Assembly (NCBI GenBank): GCA_002104905.1 | Contig: MCFE01000810.1 | Span: 1 to 33,915 of the forward strand | DNA from: Basidiobolus meristosporus CBS 931.73 | Taxonomy: Eukaryota; Fungi; Basidiobolomycota | Length of the DNA stretch: 33,915 nucleotides | Direction: 5' to 3' | Part shown: positions 1-11,187 of the stretch, piece by piece | Layout of the letters: the number at the start of each line of letters is the position of its first letter | Position numbering within the stretch: the first letter of the stretch is position 1 | Position numbers and translations under genes: made by a program | Notes under the pieces: generated by a model | What the model was told of the DNA's origin: nothing | Databases searched by the model: none | Seen by the model: the letters and a program-made list of their open reading frames with translations, nothing else

Positions 1-187
1 TTGTAGTTCAATAGTTTTCCCTTGACAAGCTTGAGGCTTTATCCCCCATCACATTAGATTAGATAAAAGACCCAGTATTCCTAGCAAGCTTTTGCCAGAG
101 GTTATTGCACCCAGTGAACACCCCACACACATTCACACTTGAGAAGTGTTGGCTGTATTTTGCCCTTTGGACTTATACACCACCACA
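1..187 (+). mobile_element. 3' end of an LTR of the same Ty3/gypsy family as 22439-29629 (cut by the window start)
   Basis: Near-identical to the reverse complement of 22439-22625 (one CpG>TpG change, two 1-nt indels). Ends ...CACCACA and is not followed by the PBS, so it is a 3' or solo LTR. Confidence 0.92.
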
Positions 188-470
188 ACGCGATCAAAGT
201 CACCATAGTAATCCTAGCAATAAGGCATAGTATATATAATAGTTGGACTCTTTTGGTCATAACTCCTTAAGTACCGCTTCAAATGAGCTGTAATTTGAAA
301 CATGTGTTGGCTACTACGTGTTCTGTATGACATAATATTCTTGGGTGGATTGCTTGTCAGGGTCTGGAGCATTTGTTCTTCAAAGTTGGAAATTCTTGAT
401 CTTTCACTTGTGTGTTACAATAGCAAAAAGCAAAATAAAGAAATCAGTGCAATATTGGTTTAAAGATATT

Positions 471-1204
471 AGACTTGTTCCGTTGGATAGTGCCACATTG
501 AGCCATGAGTCCCAAATGATGCCATAGTGTGCCAGAGAGGTCCAGTGAGCCTATATTTGGCCACAGAGTGTGAAACATAGCTCTGCATCTTCATGTAAAG
601 CAGCCCCTGTGTTTCACCCATTGTGCAGGAGAAAATCCATTTTTTGACCTTTTTTTGTGGATCAATGTATCTCAGGATGTGTGAGAGCACAGGAGAACTG
701 AAGATATGCATCTGGTACTCAATACCCATGGCACTCTGAATCTAGCTCCTGTAGCTTGTATCATGTCACAAAAATGAATGGCACTATCTTGGTCCACTGG
801 TACTATCTGGCACTATATTTAAATATTAGCCCTAAAGTAAGATCTGTACAAAGCACTTATAGTGCCAGATAGTACCAGTGGACCAAGATAGTGCCATTCA
901 TTTTTGTGACATGATACAAGCTACAGGAGCTAGATTCAGAGTGCCATGGGTATTGAGTACCAGATGCATATCTTCAATCTGCTTGTGCTCTAACATGTCC
1001 TGCACAACATTGATCCAAAAAAAAAGGTCAAAAAATGGATTTTCTCCAACACAATGGGTGAAACACAGGGGCTGCTTTGCATGAAGATGTGGAGCTATGT
1101 TTCACACCCTGTGGCCAGGTAGAGGCTCAATTGGCCTTTCTGGCACACTATGGCATCATTTGGCACTCATGGCTCAATGTGGCACTATCCAACAGAACAA
1201 GTCT
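471..1204. mobile_element. Fold-back (long inverted repeat) non-autonomous DNA element, copy 1
   Basis: Arms 471-817 and 858-1204 are reverse complements around a 40-bp spacer. Termini AGACTTGTTC...GAACAAGTCT; ATT on both sides (468-470, 1205-1207). No meaningful ORF. Confidence 0.9.
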
Positions 1205-1234
1205 ATTGTAGTAATGGAATACTTTCCATTACCA

Positions 1235-2565
1235 CAGATGGTGCTCTTAAATATGTCAGTTAAAAAACCTTTAAAGTTAATACAGAGCTACACACACCCT
1301 GGTTGTTTAAGCCTTACCCACTGCTCAGGGGACTCCTGGCTGATATGTATGACCTACTTAAGAAGAAGATAGAAGCTGGTATCCTAGAGCCTTGCCATGG
1401 ACCTTATGCTAACAGATAGTGTGTAACTGAAAAGATGAATGGAAAGCTCCAATTTGTTCAAGACATGCAACATGTAAATGCTGTCACTCTCAGAGATGCA
1501 GCCATATCTCCATCTGTTGATGACTTTGCAGATAGGCTTAGTGGCCAAACCATCTACCCGACATATAATCACTACTCAGGATATGACCAGATTCCCCTAT
1601 ATGAAGCATCAAGAGATATGTTTGCATTCTGGACACCATTTGGATGGTTATGGATGACAAAACTTAGCCAAGGGGTTACAAACTCTGTGGCTCAGTAACA
1701 GAGATGCATGGTGAAAGTGCTGCCAACAGCAGGGTTAAAGAAGTACCTGATTGTTGCTGAGATGACCTTAGTGGGTGGATTGAAGCTCAAGCCTTGCCCA
1801 ACAACAATAGTCATACCATATGGAGAATTATACTTCAAGATATTATCTGCAGATTTGGCTGCATCTAGCTGCTTGTTGCTGACAGAGGAGAGATGTCATT
1901 CTAGATGACTCAAGAGTTGTGCTCAAGGTACAAGATATACATAACTTTTACTACTGATCACTATCCTCAAGCCAATGGAATGGTAGAATAGGACATGGGC
2001 CACTGATGAATTCTCTAGTCAAGAGCTGCAAGAATAACAATTTACAATTGCCACAACAGTTACATCTTGCACTTTGGGCAGATAGAGCTATTACCAAGAG
2101 AACAACTGCATTATTGCTATTTAGGCCACTATTTGAACAAGACTGCATACTACCAGTTGAGTTAGACACTACCACATGAAACTTGTTAAAATGGACATTT
2201 TATATGCATGCTCAAGACCTCCTAGTGACTTGTATACTGGATTTTGATCATTATGATTTAAATATCATCAAAGCTGCTAAACAACCTGAGGTGACACAAC
2301 TGAAGAACAAGACACCCTTTTACAAGTCACACCCAACAATACCAATACCACTTTCACTAGGAGACCCAGTACCACCCTATAATTTCACCTTTGAAAAACA
2401 ATGGAGTCTGAAGTTTGGCAACAAATGGACTGGGCCATACATTGTTTCCAAAATGCTTGAAAATTGAAGCCACTACATATCTGTGCTTAACAACACCCAA
2501 CCAAGATAACCAGTGGCAGGTAACCATCTCAAGTTATTCAAGCATAGGAATTTTGCACATCTAGA
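1235..2565 (+). pseudogene. Degenerate Ty3/gypsy pol (RT N-half fused to integrase core/C-terminus), same family as 23557-28410
   Basis: Translates with stops and frameshifts to KKKIEAGILEPCHGPYANR*, SQGVTNSVAQ, DDLSGWIEA, ICRFGC, PQANGMVE, KWTGPY and LKLFKHRNFAH, colinear with the intact ORF except for a ~1.39 kb internal deletion at ~1720. Confidence 0.92.
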
Positions 2566-2607
2566 TTTGCTTACTTTGACCCAAGCTCAAAGCTGCAAGG
2601 TGGTGGA

Positions 2608-3673
2608 TATGGTGGGCCACAGTGACACCCACTTACAGATGTGCCCATTCCCATAATCTTCTACCTTCTATTTCTCTATTACCCTTATTTTAGTTTTATC
2701 CTATTTGTCTTTTCTGCTCAGTACTATCCAATAAGCCAGCTAACTATGATACATGTATATTTATTGCATATGTTATCTCTCACCTTATGTAAGGTTACCA
2801 AAAGCAGGTGCTACTATATTAGGCAAGCATCTGCGCATGGACCTGTGAAGCATGATCAAACTGTGTCACCATTCCTACCATTTTCACTTCATATATGGTA
2901 TCCCTATGTTACAAAGGTCTTGGAATACATATCCCTGATTGTTGGATGTGCTGTGCCTCTTAGAACCTTCTGGCATCTACTTAGATCATTCTTGGCTCAT
3001 TCTGATGTTGTTAAGATTTCTTTTGATTTCTGAAACCTCCTGGAACACCACAATTAGTAATCTCTTAGCTAGTGAGGAAAGTCTATTATGGAGGCAATCC
3101 CTCAACAATAAATCATCATCCCTTTTATCAATATACCAACTTGTTGACTAGTGTGATCACTCCTATCTGCTGCTACTGAACTTCCCATCCCAAATCACAG
3201 AACACTCCCAGGAAACTCCACTGACAGCCAACTGACCCTGGAGGCACTACTTGTCAGGAATACTGAGAGTTGCTATTGTTTGTTATATTCTATTCTTTCC
3301 TGAGTTTGTTCTTCTACAGGCAATGATACTTTTCTGTCTTTGTAACTATAGACCACAGCTGCACCCTTAACAAGTACCTGCTGGTGGAATTTACAGTAGT
3401 TTGACTTTGGAAGCTTTAGTACATTGTCATCTGAGAGGATACTGAACCCAGTACATAATATTGTTAAGACACCAACCAAGTTGGGGATTGTAGCTCAATA
3501 GTTTTCCCTTGACAAGACTTGTAGCATTATTCCCCTTCACATTAGAGTAGAGACAAAACCCAAGTATTTCTAGCAGCTTTTGCCAGCAGTTATTGCACCC
3601 AGTGAACACCCCACACACAATATACTTAAGAAGTATTAGGTGTATCTCTCTCTTGAACATATATACTGCCACA
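2608..3673 (+). mobile_element. Degenerate full-length 3' LTR of the dead gypsy copy
   Basis: Follows a decayed PPT (AAGGTGGTGGA, ~2597-2607). Start resembles TGTAGTGGGGTCACAGTGACACCCAC; the 3' half aligns to the intact LTR; ends GCCACA; length ~1066 bp vs 1079. Confidence 0.85.
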
Positions 3674-3879
3674 ATGGCCTTTGACTGTTATCCTGCCAGA
3701 ATGCTTAAAACATTCATTCTGTAATGGATACAGGTAACTATTCAGGTTGGACAGTAAATCTGCTCCTGATACCAGTGAAACCACCATCAGATTTTAGTGC
3801 TGAAACTATAAGATAGGTGGCATATTCAGGTTGATGAGAATCAGTAGCAGCAGGATCTGCTGGTAGTGTAAGCATTTAA

Positions 3880-5600
3880 TAAGAATTCATCAAGTGCCAA
3901 GGCAAAGGCATGATCAAAATTCCTTCAAAGTAGCTGTTGCATCTTAGCTGCTGTAAGGTTTGCAAATAGACATATTTGATATGTTTGCCCTTGAATGAGA
4001 CTGAGTGTGGTACTAGACTAGTTCTGTTGGATAGTGCCACATTAAGCCATGAGTGCCAAATGATGCCATAGTGTGCCAGGGAGGCCAAGTGAGCCTATAC
4101 CTGCCCACAGGGCGTGAAACATAGCTCTGCATTTTCATGCAGAGCTGCCTCAGTTTTTCATCCATTGTGTTGGAGAAAATCCATTTTTGACCTTTTTTTT
4201 TAGGTTAATGTTGTGCAGGAAGTGTAAGAGCACTAAAGGATTGAAGGCATGCATCAGGTACCCATTACTCATGGCACTCTGAATCTAGCTCCTCTGGCTT
4301 GTAACATGTCACAAAAATGCATGGCACCCTCTTGGTCCACTGGTACTATCTGGCACTATAAGTGCTTTGTATAGATCTTACTTTAGGGCAAATAATTAAA
4401 TATAGCACCAGATAGTACCAGTGGACCAAGATAGTTCCATGCATTTTTCTGACATGTTACTAGCCACAGGAGTTAGATTCAGAGTGCCATGGGTACTGAG
4501 TACCTGATGCATGTCTTCAGCTCTTCTGTGCTCTTACACATCCTGCATAACATTGATCCACAAAAAAACATCAAAAAGTGAATTTTCTCCTGCATCATAG
4601 GTGAAACACTGGGGCTGCTTTGCACCTAGATGTAGAGCTATGCTTCACACTCTGTGGCCAAGTATAGGCTCACTTGGCTTCTCTGGTACGCTTCAGCACC
4701 ATTTGGCTCTCATGGCTCAATGTGGCACTATCTAAAGGAACAAGTCTACTGTATAGCTCCACAATATTTGCTGGACTGCATGAACTTTTTTAGACAGGGT
4801 ATTACTGGAATATATCTGGAGTGTGAACAATGTTTTCCCCAAATGGTGGTAGATTCCTGACAAGTTGGACACCTTGCAATGGTGGTATTTTCTGATGTCA
4901 ATACCATCCAATTGTTGACACTTGCCGGTATAAGGACAGTCTCTGGGTCATATGTTGCCAGCCAAATGACCATTGTCCATCTATACCATGTACATGGTTA
5001 GTGGCATCCCAGGATGATTTTGGCAAGAAGTAGTTGTAAATTCTCAAAGCCCCTATCACTGATATTGGTGGAAATCTACCCCTTCTCTAGCCGCAACATG
5101 ACATCATTCACTGGTAGAAGGACTACTGGGCTCACTTGACTCCATAAAGTCTCTTTAGAGATTTTTTCTACAAGCATTGTCTCATTGCATATTGGGATGT
5201 TGTTGGGTGCATGCAGGGTACTGTTGTTAGGGAAGATAGGCTCACAATCCATCATTGAGCCTGCTTCTTCAGAGCTAACACTCTGCATGGCATATTTTGA
5301 AGGCTGAGGTGCTCCTAAAGGCATCACAAACTCACCTGACTAAGTGTGCGCAAGGTGTCAAGTACAGTCAGGTGCCATTATTGAAGTATCAAATAGCTGG
5401 CAAGATATTGTTGGTGCACTAGTGACTGATGAATAGTCAAATATGATTTGTGTGGCAAAATGCCATCTATGCTTCTTTTAATACTTCCTATGCTGTCTGT
5501 GTGCTTCATGGCTGAGAGGCTTGCCACAATAGCCACATAGTCCTTTTCTCTTCTCTTACTGCATTAAATCAAAGTAGTCTTCTCCATGGGGCAGACAGCT
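3880..5600 (-). pseudogene. Relic CACTA/CMC-EnSpm-type (Transposase_21/tnp2-like) transposase, interrupted by fold-back copy 2
   Basis: Minus-strand remnants appear in the expected order: CGYCGK..RQH (~5500-5537), NISDRGFENL (~5045-5075), IPASVNNWMVL..RCPTCQE (~4855-4935; cf. IHAC.NDC.L..CP.C), RYIPVIP(C<R)LKKF (~4780-4820), and past the insertion SYF..DHAFALALD(E<G)F (~3883-3940). Many stops and frameshifts; motifs recognised from memory. Confidence 0.55.
4015..4747. mobile_element. Fold-back element, copy 2 (spacer inverted relative to copies 1 and 3)
   Basis: Same arms and spacer as 471-1204. Termini AGACTAGTTC...GGAACAAGTCT; ACT on both sides (4012-4014, 4748-4750). Confidence 0.9.
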
Positions 5601-5738
5601 TGATATTCAACCATATAACACTATGATATCATTTTTTTGTTGATACTCATGTGAATCTAAGAGAGTCCAGTATTGAGACATTGCACCTACATGAATATAA
5701 GATTTAATGATGACCCACCATAGTAAGCATTATGAATA

Positions 5739-6493
5739 AGACTTGTTCCATTTGATAGTGCCACATTGAGCCATGAGTGCCAAATGATGCCAAAGTGTGC
5801 CAGGGATGCCAGGTGGACCTATACTTGGCCACAGAGTGTGAAGTATAGTCCTTCATCCTCATAAAAAGTAGCCCCTGTGTTTCACCCATAGTGCCATAGA
5901 AAATCCGTTTTTTTGACCTTTTTTGGAGCAATATTGTGCAGGATGTGTAGGAGTAAAGAAGGACTGAGGTCATGCAGCTGATACTCAACACCCATGGCAC
6001 TCTGAATCTAGCTCCTGCAGGTTGTAACATGTCACAAAAATGCATGGTACTGTCATGGTCCACTGGTACTATCTGGCACAATATTTAAATATTAGTCCTA
6101 AAGTAAGATCTATATAAAGCACTTATAGTGCCACATAGTACCAGTAGACCAAGATGGTGCCATGCTTTTTGTGACATGTTACAAGCTGCAGGAGCTAGAT
6201 TCAGAGTTCCATGGGTGTCAAGTACCAGATCAATATCTCCAGTCCTTCTGTGCTCTTCCACATCCTACACAGCATTGATCTCAACAATAGGTAAAAAAAT
6301 GGATTTTCTCCTGCATAATGGGTGAAACAAAGGGGCTGCTTTACATGAAGATGAAGAACTATGTTTTGCACTCCGCAGCAGAACTATGCTTCACACTTTG
6401 TGGCCAAATTTAGGACTGCTGGACCTCTCTAGTACACATTGGCACTATTTGGCATTCATGGCTCAATGTGGCACTATTCAACAGAGCCAGTCT
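5739..6493. mobile_element. Fold-back element, copy 3 (more decayed; small tandem duplication in the right arm ~6355-6400)
   Basis: Starts AGACTTGTTCCAT, has the same spacer (~6084-6124), ends ACAGAGCCAGTCT. Flanks ATA/CTA give an imperfect TSD. Confidence 0.85.
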
Positions 6494-6678
6494 CTAAAGT
6501 TGCAGTGCCACATGCACATGTACATGTGACACCATTTCCCCTTTGGTTTTGCTCACGTCCATATACATGCTGTCAAGAAATAAACAAAGTTGTCTGGTTT
6601 GCAACTAGACCCCACCACTGACAGCAGCAGAAGAACAGTTGGACAACATCCTGCTTTGACATTCAGTGCAACAAAAAA

Positions 6679-7889
6679 ATATTAGTATCATCCCAAATTG
6701 CAATATTTTCTATCTGTCTATGTGATTATTACTATATGACCTGGCAAACAATTTGTCACAATTAACCCATTGCACAAGCTATTCCTATTTCTTGCCAAGA
6801 TGCCAAGATAAAACGGACTTGTTCCATCATTCTAGCTGATCATAGTGCCCAATAGTTCCATAGCATGCCAGATAGTGCCTGAACATGCCACAAAGTGCTA
6901 GATGGTGCCATACAGTGCCAATTTGGGATCAAAATTGACATGCATATGACCCTAAAATATCAAACTAATAACAAAATATACAGCACTTTATGGCACTATG
7001 ATCAATGGCACAATGGAACAAGTCCAAGAGTTACCATATAGGGCAAGTACCCCCAACAGTGCCTATATCATGTGACCATCCAGGTTTCATAACCCTCCTA
7101 TCCTACTACCATAAGAGGTAACTACAGGACACAGAGGTTTCATATTACCACTATCTGATTGGCTAGGTACTACTATATCTCATGGAACAATCTGCCACGA
7201 ATTTGAGCTATTTTTAGTACACAACAACATGATCGGCTGTCTACTACCTTATGGAAACTTCTGGAAAGTATTTTCTAGCAAGAATTTGAGCAGCAAAAAA
7301 GTATATAAGGGAGGCTATCCCTTACAAATAAATCATCCCACTTCCAATATTCCAACTTATTGATTAGTGGGATCACGGTGGCCTATTACCACTACTTTCT
7401 GACTTGAACCTGACAATACTCCCAGGAAACAATGCTGACAGTCAACTGATCTTGGAGGCACTACTTGCAAGGAATACTCAGAGTAGGTATATTATAATAT
7501 ATTTGATTGTTTTCCCAAGTTTGTATTTGTACAGGCAAAGATACTTTCAATCTTGGTAACTATTGGTCAAAGCTGCACTCTTATGAAGTCCCTGTTGGTG
7601 GAGTTTACAGTTGTTTTGACTTTGGAAGCTTTAGTACACTGTCATCTCAAAGGATGTTGAAGCCATTATAAACTTCTGTTAAGATGCCAACTAAGTTGGG
7701 AATTGTAGCTCAATATCTTCCTCTTGACAAGCTTGAGGCTTTATCCCCCTTCACATTAGATTAGATAAAAGACCCAGTATTCCTAGCAAGCTTTTGCCAG
7801 AGGTTATTGCACCCAGTGAACACCCCACACACATTTGCACTTGAGAAGTGTTGGCCATATTTTGCCCTTTGCACTTATACACCACCACA
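6679..7889 (+). mobile_element. 5'-truncated LTR of the gypsy family, carrying a MITE insertion at 6815-7025
   Basis: 6679-6810 and 7026-7889 are colinear with the reverse complement of the intact LTR. Ends CACCACA, followed by GCGG. Confidence 0.9.
6815..7025. mobile_element. 211-bp MITE, copy A (shares termini with the fold-back family)
   Basis: Perfect 13-bp TIR GGACTTGTTCCAT/ATGGAACAAGTCC. It interrupts an otherwise colinear LTR. Flanks AAC/AAG suggest a degenerate 3-bp TSD. Confidence 0.88.
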
Positions 7890-8065
7890 GCGGGGCTACA
7901 ACCAACAAAGGCAATGTTGACAGTGCCCACTGAAGGTAATAATGCAGACTCCTCAGGCTCTCATCAAGTAGGCAATTGAGAATCTCTGTGTAGCTGCAAG
8001 CTGACCATAATGCTCAGGCAGAAGATAATGTAGCACAAGCAGTACCTTTAGTTGAAGACCAGCAA

Positions 8066-8809
8066 GTGGCCAACATAACATCATCACCACCTGAATTAGA
8101 AAGTATTTTGTCAGCTCATACCACAGCATTAATGAGGCAATTAGGTGCAGAAGCTCCTAGGAAAAATGCAATGGCCCAGAAAAATCACACAATAGCCCAG
8201 AAACAGGATGAGCAGGTACTCTATGTAGAGCAATCAATATCCCAGGTAGAGAATGCAGTATCTTTGCGGCAAAGAAAGAACTCTAGTCCAACAATGTCAC
8301 AGCCAAGAATTCAGCCATTTTGTAATGTAACAGCAGAGAAACACTGTACATTCTTTGGAGCACAACATAAGTGCCCAAATATGAAGCCCACAGAAAAACC
8401 AATCTCAGCAAGGGAGGAAGAAGCTGCAGTGCTTACATCAAACCCTAAGAACCAAAAGACATTGAAGATCTGTGAAGCCATTAAGTGCAATGATGAAGAG
8501 TGGGCTAATATTTAAGATGCCACTAGAAGTATAGCGCACCAATACCTTTATACTGGCATACCATGGTACCATCAGGCACTTGAGGCCAAGCAGAATATGC
8601 TTGACTTGTTCCATGAGCAGTATCTTGAATTTAAACAAGCAGACCAATTTTGGGCCAGCATTGGTATACTAAGAAAGTATCTCAAGAATAGCAGAAACTA
8701 TCAAAGGCAGAACAACAAGGGTGCAATAGCTAAAACCAGTGGCTTACTCAAGAGCTTGTTACAAGTATGGTCAAAAGCTTCAACCAAGCATCAAAGAGAC
8801 TTCAGGTAG
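8066..8809 (+). pseudogene. Relic ORF of unknown function (track ORFs 8066-8515 and 8597-8809 are in one frame, split by a single TAA)
   Basis: One stop at 8513-8515, plausibly CAA>TAA. Read-through gives EEWANI*DATRSIAHQYLYTGIPWYHQ...FKQADQFWASIGILRKYLKNSRNY, which looks like a globular helical domain. The DNA is CpG-depleted like the transposons. Confidence 0.45.
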
Positions 8810-8815
8810 CTGGAA

Positions 8816-9145
8816 GAGTGCCAATAAGGGACAAGCAGGCAGACATAGATGCACCAGCACAACATTTATCCAGGAAAAAGTGCAGTTCCACCCAAGAAGC
8901 ACTGAGTCAAAGTTGCAGTGAAGGACCTGGCTGGGATAGAAACCGCCAGCTTCCTCAGGAGCCCATCACAACTGGGGCTGAGAGATCAAAACAAGCAAGA
9001 AATAAGTGTCAGGATGCCTACAGAGTGACAGCAAGGGAAATGCAGGTCAAAACAGATACATCAGAGCAGCATTTATTACAGAGTAAATGCAGTTCCATAC
9101 ATGAAGTACTTAGACAAAGCAGCAGTGAAGACCTGGCAGTGATAA
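8816..9145 (+). repeat. Diverged ~125-bp direct repeat (8816-8940 vs ~9022-9145)
   Basis: AGAGTG...CATTTAT...TGCAGTTCCA...GCAGTGAAG(G)ACCTGGC...GATA occurs twice and is visible in ORF 8767-9177 as QHL...KCSS..E.L.QS.SE twice. Confidence 0.65.
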
Positions 9146-9199
9146 ATGTAAAGGTAAAGGGAAAAAAGTCTACTTAAGCCAGAGACAGGGAGAAACTTA

Positions 9200-10172
9200 A
9201 GAAAAAGGCTGCAGCTTTTGCCAATCAACGCCATGAGCCTGGAACAGACTGAATCCCCTAATTGCTAAGAAGAATTACTAACAAGAAAGCAGCTGTTTTC
9301 ACAAGAGTTGGAAGCACAGCCAGTTGTGTTACACTCCAGTGAGGAAGATGAGTCTGCACAGAAAGGCACTTTGTCTACCACAGCCTCCACATCCTCCATT
9401 GTTGGTATAGTGGAGATTCAACTGAGAGACAAAGTAGCAATGTCAAGAACTCCAAGGGTTATCACAATGCCTTCAGTGAAGTTTTGGAGCATAAATAGGC
9501 ACACCAAGAGGTTGCAGTACTTCTCCAAGAGTAGTGTTCAGGAAAATGTACTTGAATATTGCAAGGATTTATTGTAAAGACTGGCAGATAAGGTGCTAGA
9601 CCTTGCAGTGGTGGCTGAATACCTGCACCTATGGGAACCAGTGAATGAACAGTGACATAAAGCTGTAGGGTTCCTACCAAAGTCATGGAAACAGAGCATT
9701 ACGGCAGATATACCTATTGCATGGTGGATTTTAATGGAGTAACTTTTTGAGTGTGGGGTTGGGCTTAATGTTGGTGTTAGTTATAAGGACTTGTATAAGT
9801 CAATACAGTTGGAAATCAGGGTTCAATTGAGGCTTCAAGATAAACAAATCAATTGTATGTATCAAGAGTAAGAGAAATCATTGAGTCAAGAAGTAAGAAG
9901 TGTGAAAAAGAGGTAATAGCCAACCAATGCACACAAATATAGAAGGTGATACAGTGTCTGGGTTCAGAAAGTGAGAAAACTGGCAGAGAACCAATCAAAA
10001 GCCACTTAAGCATCATTGAGATGAAAATTTTGGCCAGATTTTCTGTGGGATATGGGGTGCAATTACTTTCTGACAGTCTTTGTGTGGTATCCCGACTGGA
10101 GCAATACCTCTTGGCCATGGGATTTAGAACTTGAGTTGGCCTTTCAATGGGATCATCATAATTATTTCTCAT
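9200..10172 (+). repeat. Old ~970-bp dispersed repeat, copy 1 (paralog at ~11200-12170)
   Basis: Colinear shared blocks such as GGAAGCACAGCCAG, GCAxAGAAAGG, GTGGAGAT, TCACAATGC, TTTTGGAGC, AGCTGTAGGxxTCCTACCAAAGT and GATTTTAAT. Confidence 0.75.
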
Positions 10173-10176
10173 AGGG

Positions 10177-10340
10177 TTACTGTATCAATGATGGTACAAA
10201 CTTAGCCTAGGTTTCTTCAGTCCATATTGATGAACACCAGACTATGAAGGAGAACCTAAATAGCCTCAAGAAAATGTTTTGGAGATCTGCAATGACTGAG
10301 GAATATCAGTCCTTGATGGAAAAGCAAACTTGGGACTTGA
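10177..10340 (+). mobile_element. Short Ty1/copia pol fragment (integrase-RT linker), same family as the element at 30015-33915
   Basis: Aligns to the reverse complement of ~31839-32000 (SVHIDE..T.KE.LNS...FWRSAMTEEYQ.L.E.QTWDL). Confidence 0.85.
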
Positions 10341-10769
10341 AAAAGTTAAGAAAATATGCTCAGGCAACAGTTGGTGTAGATGCGTTTTACAGAACCAGCT
10401 CTAGGCTGCAATACTGCCAATATAATGCCATCAGAGTCTTGTTTTGAGGCCATTGAAATACTGTCAAGTTTCTTGCCATATAAGGCAATTGGATGTCCTG
10501 GCTGGTTAGATCCATTTAAAGTAGTTGTAGAGTGCAATAAGACCACAACAATACCATGCAATTATTGTCACAACACCAATCAAATCTTGTCAAGTTCTAT
10601 AACTTTATTTGGCAGTAAAATTAGCAAAACACTGCCATGATCTTGTCATAAGATTGCTAAGAGGGTCACTAATTCCAAGCTGCTGGTATTATGACAGTGT
10701 CTAAACAAGTTCCTGACAGCTGATCTGGATTGGATCCACCTGTGGGACCAAATTATTTTTCATAGGGGA

Positions 10770-10965
10770 CAAGAGCTGCTGGTTCTTTTCATGCTTCTCT
10801 GTATCTGGCTTGAGTAGATTTTTTTTGTTTTGCCTTTTACTTTATCAATAGCAGGTCTTTTACAGCTGCTTCAGCTGAGTGCATCTTGTATTGTGCTACA
10901 TCTTCTCCTAAATAAATATTGAACTGACGTGTCTGCATCTATCTGCTTGTCTCTTACCAGCGCCA
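10770..10965 (-). repeat. Inverted partial paralog of the ~8820/9030-9215 region
   Basis: Reverse complement shares GACAAGCAG, GACCTG, GATAAA, AAAAA.TCTACT.AAGCCAGA.ACAG.GA and the following CAGC motif. Confidence 0.55.
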
Positions 10966-10976
10966 AGCAAGAGATT

Positions 10977-11187
10977 GGACTTGTTCCATCATTCCAGCTG
11001 ATCATAGTGCCCAATAGCGCCATAGCATGCCAGATGGTGCCTGATCATGCTACAGAGTGCCAGATGGTGCCATACAGTGCCAATTTGGGATCAAAATTGA
11101 CATGCATATGACCCTAAAATATCAAATTAATAACCAAATGTACAGCACTTTCTGGCACTATGATCAATGGCACAATGGAGCAAGTCT
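10977..11187. mobile_element. 211-bp MITE, copy B
   Basis: Colinear with 6815-7025 and the same length. TIR GGACTTGTTCCAT/ATGGAGCAAGTCT; ATT on both sides (10974-10976, 11188-11190). Confidence 0.9.

Noticed and set aside
471-6493. Fold-back elements as non-autonomous derivatives of the neighbouring CACTA relic
   Set aside because: Termini are (G/A)GAC, not CACT(A/G) or CCC; only the 3-bp TSD length is shared.
6841-6920. Short periodic repeats as a CRISPR array
   Set aside because: Units are 10 bp with no unique spacers, lie inside a TIR element in a eukaryotic context, and no cas genes are present.
9560-9870. Minus-strand HTIDLF...NPP and HYSWRSTAT resembling DIRS methyltransferase and tyrosine recombinase motifs
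   Set aside because: These motifs are not conserved in the paralog at 11.5-11.9 kb, there is no room for RT/RNase H, and the + frame is the better conserved one.
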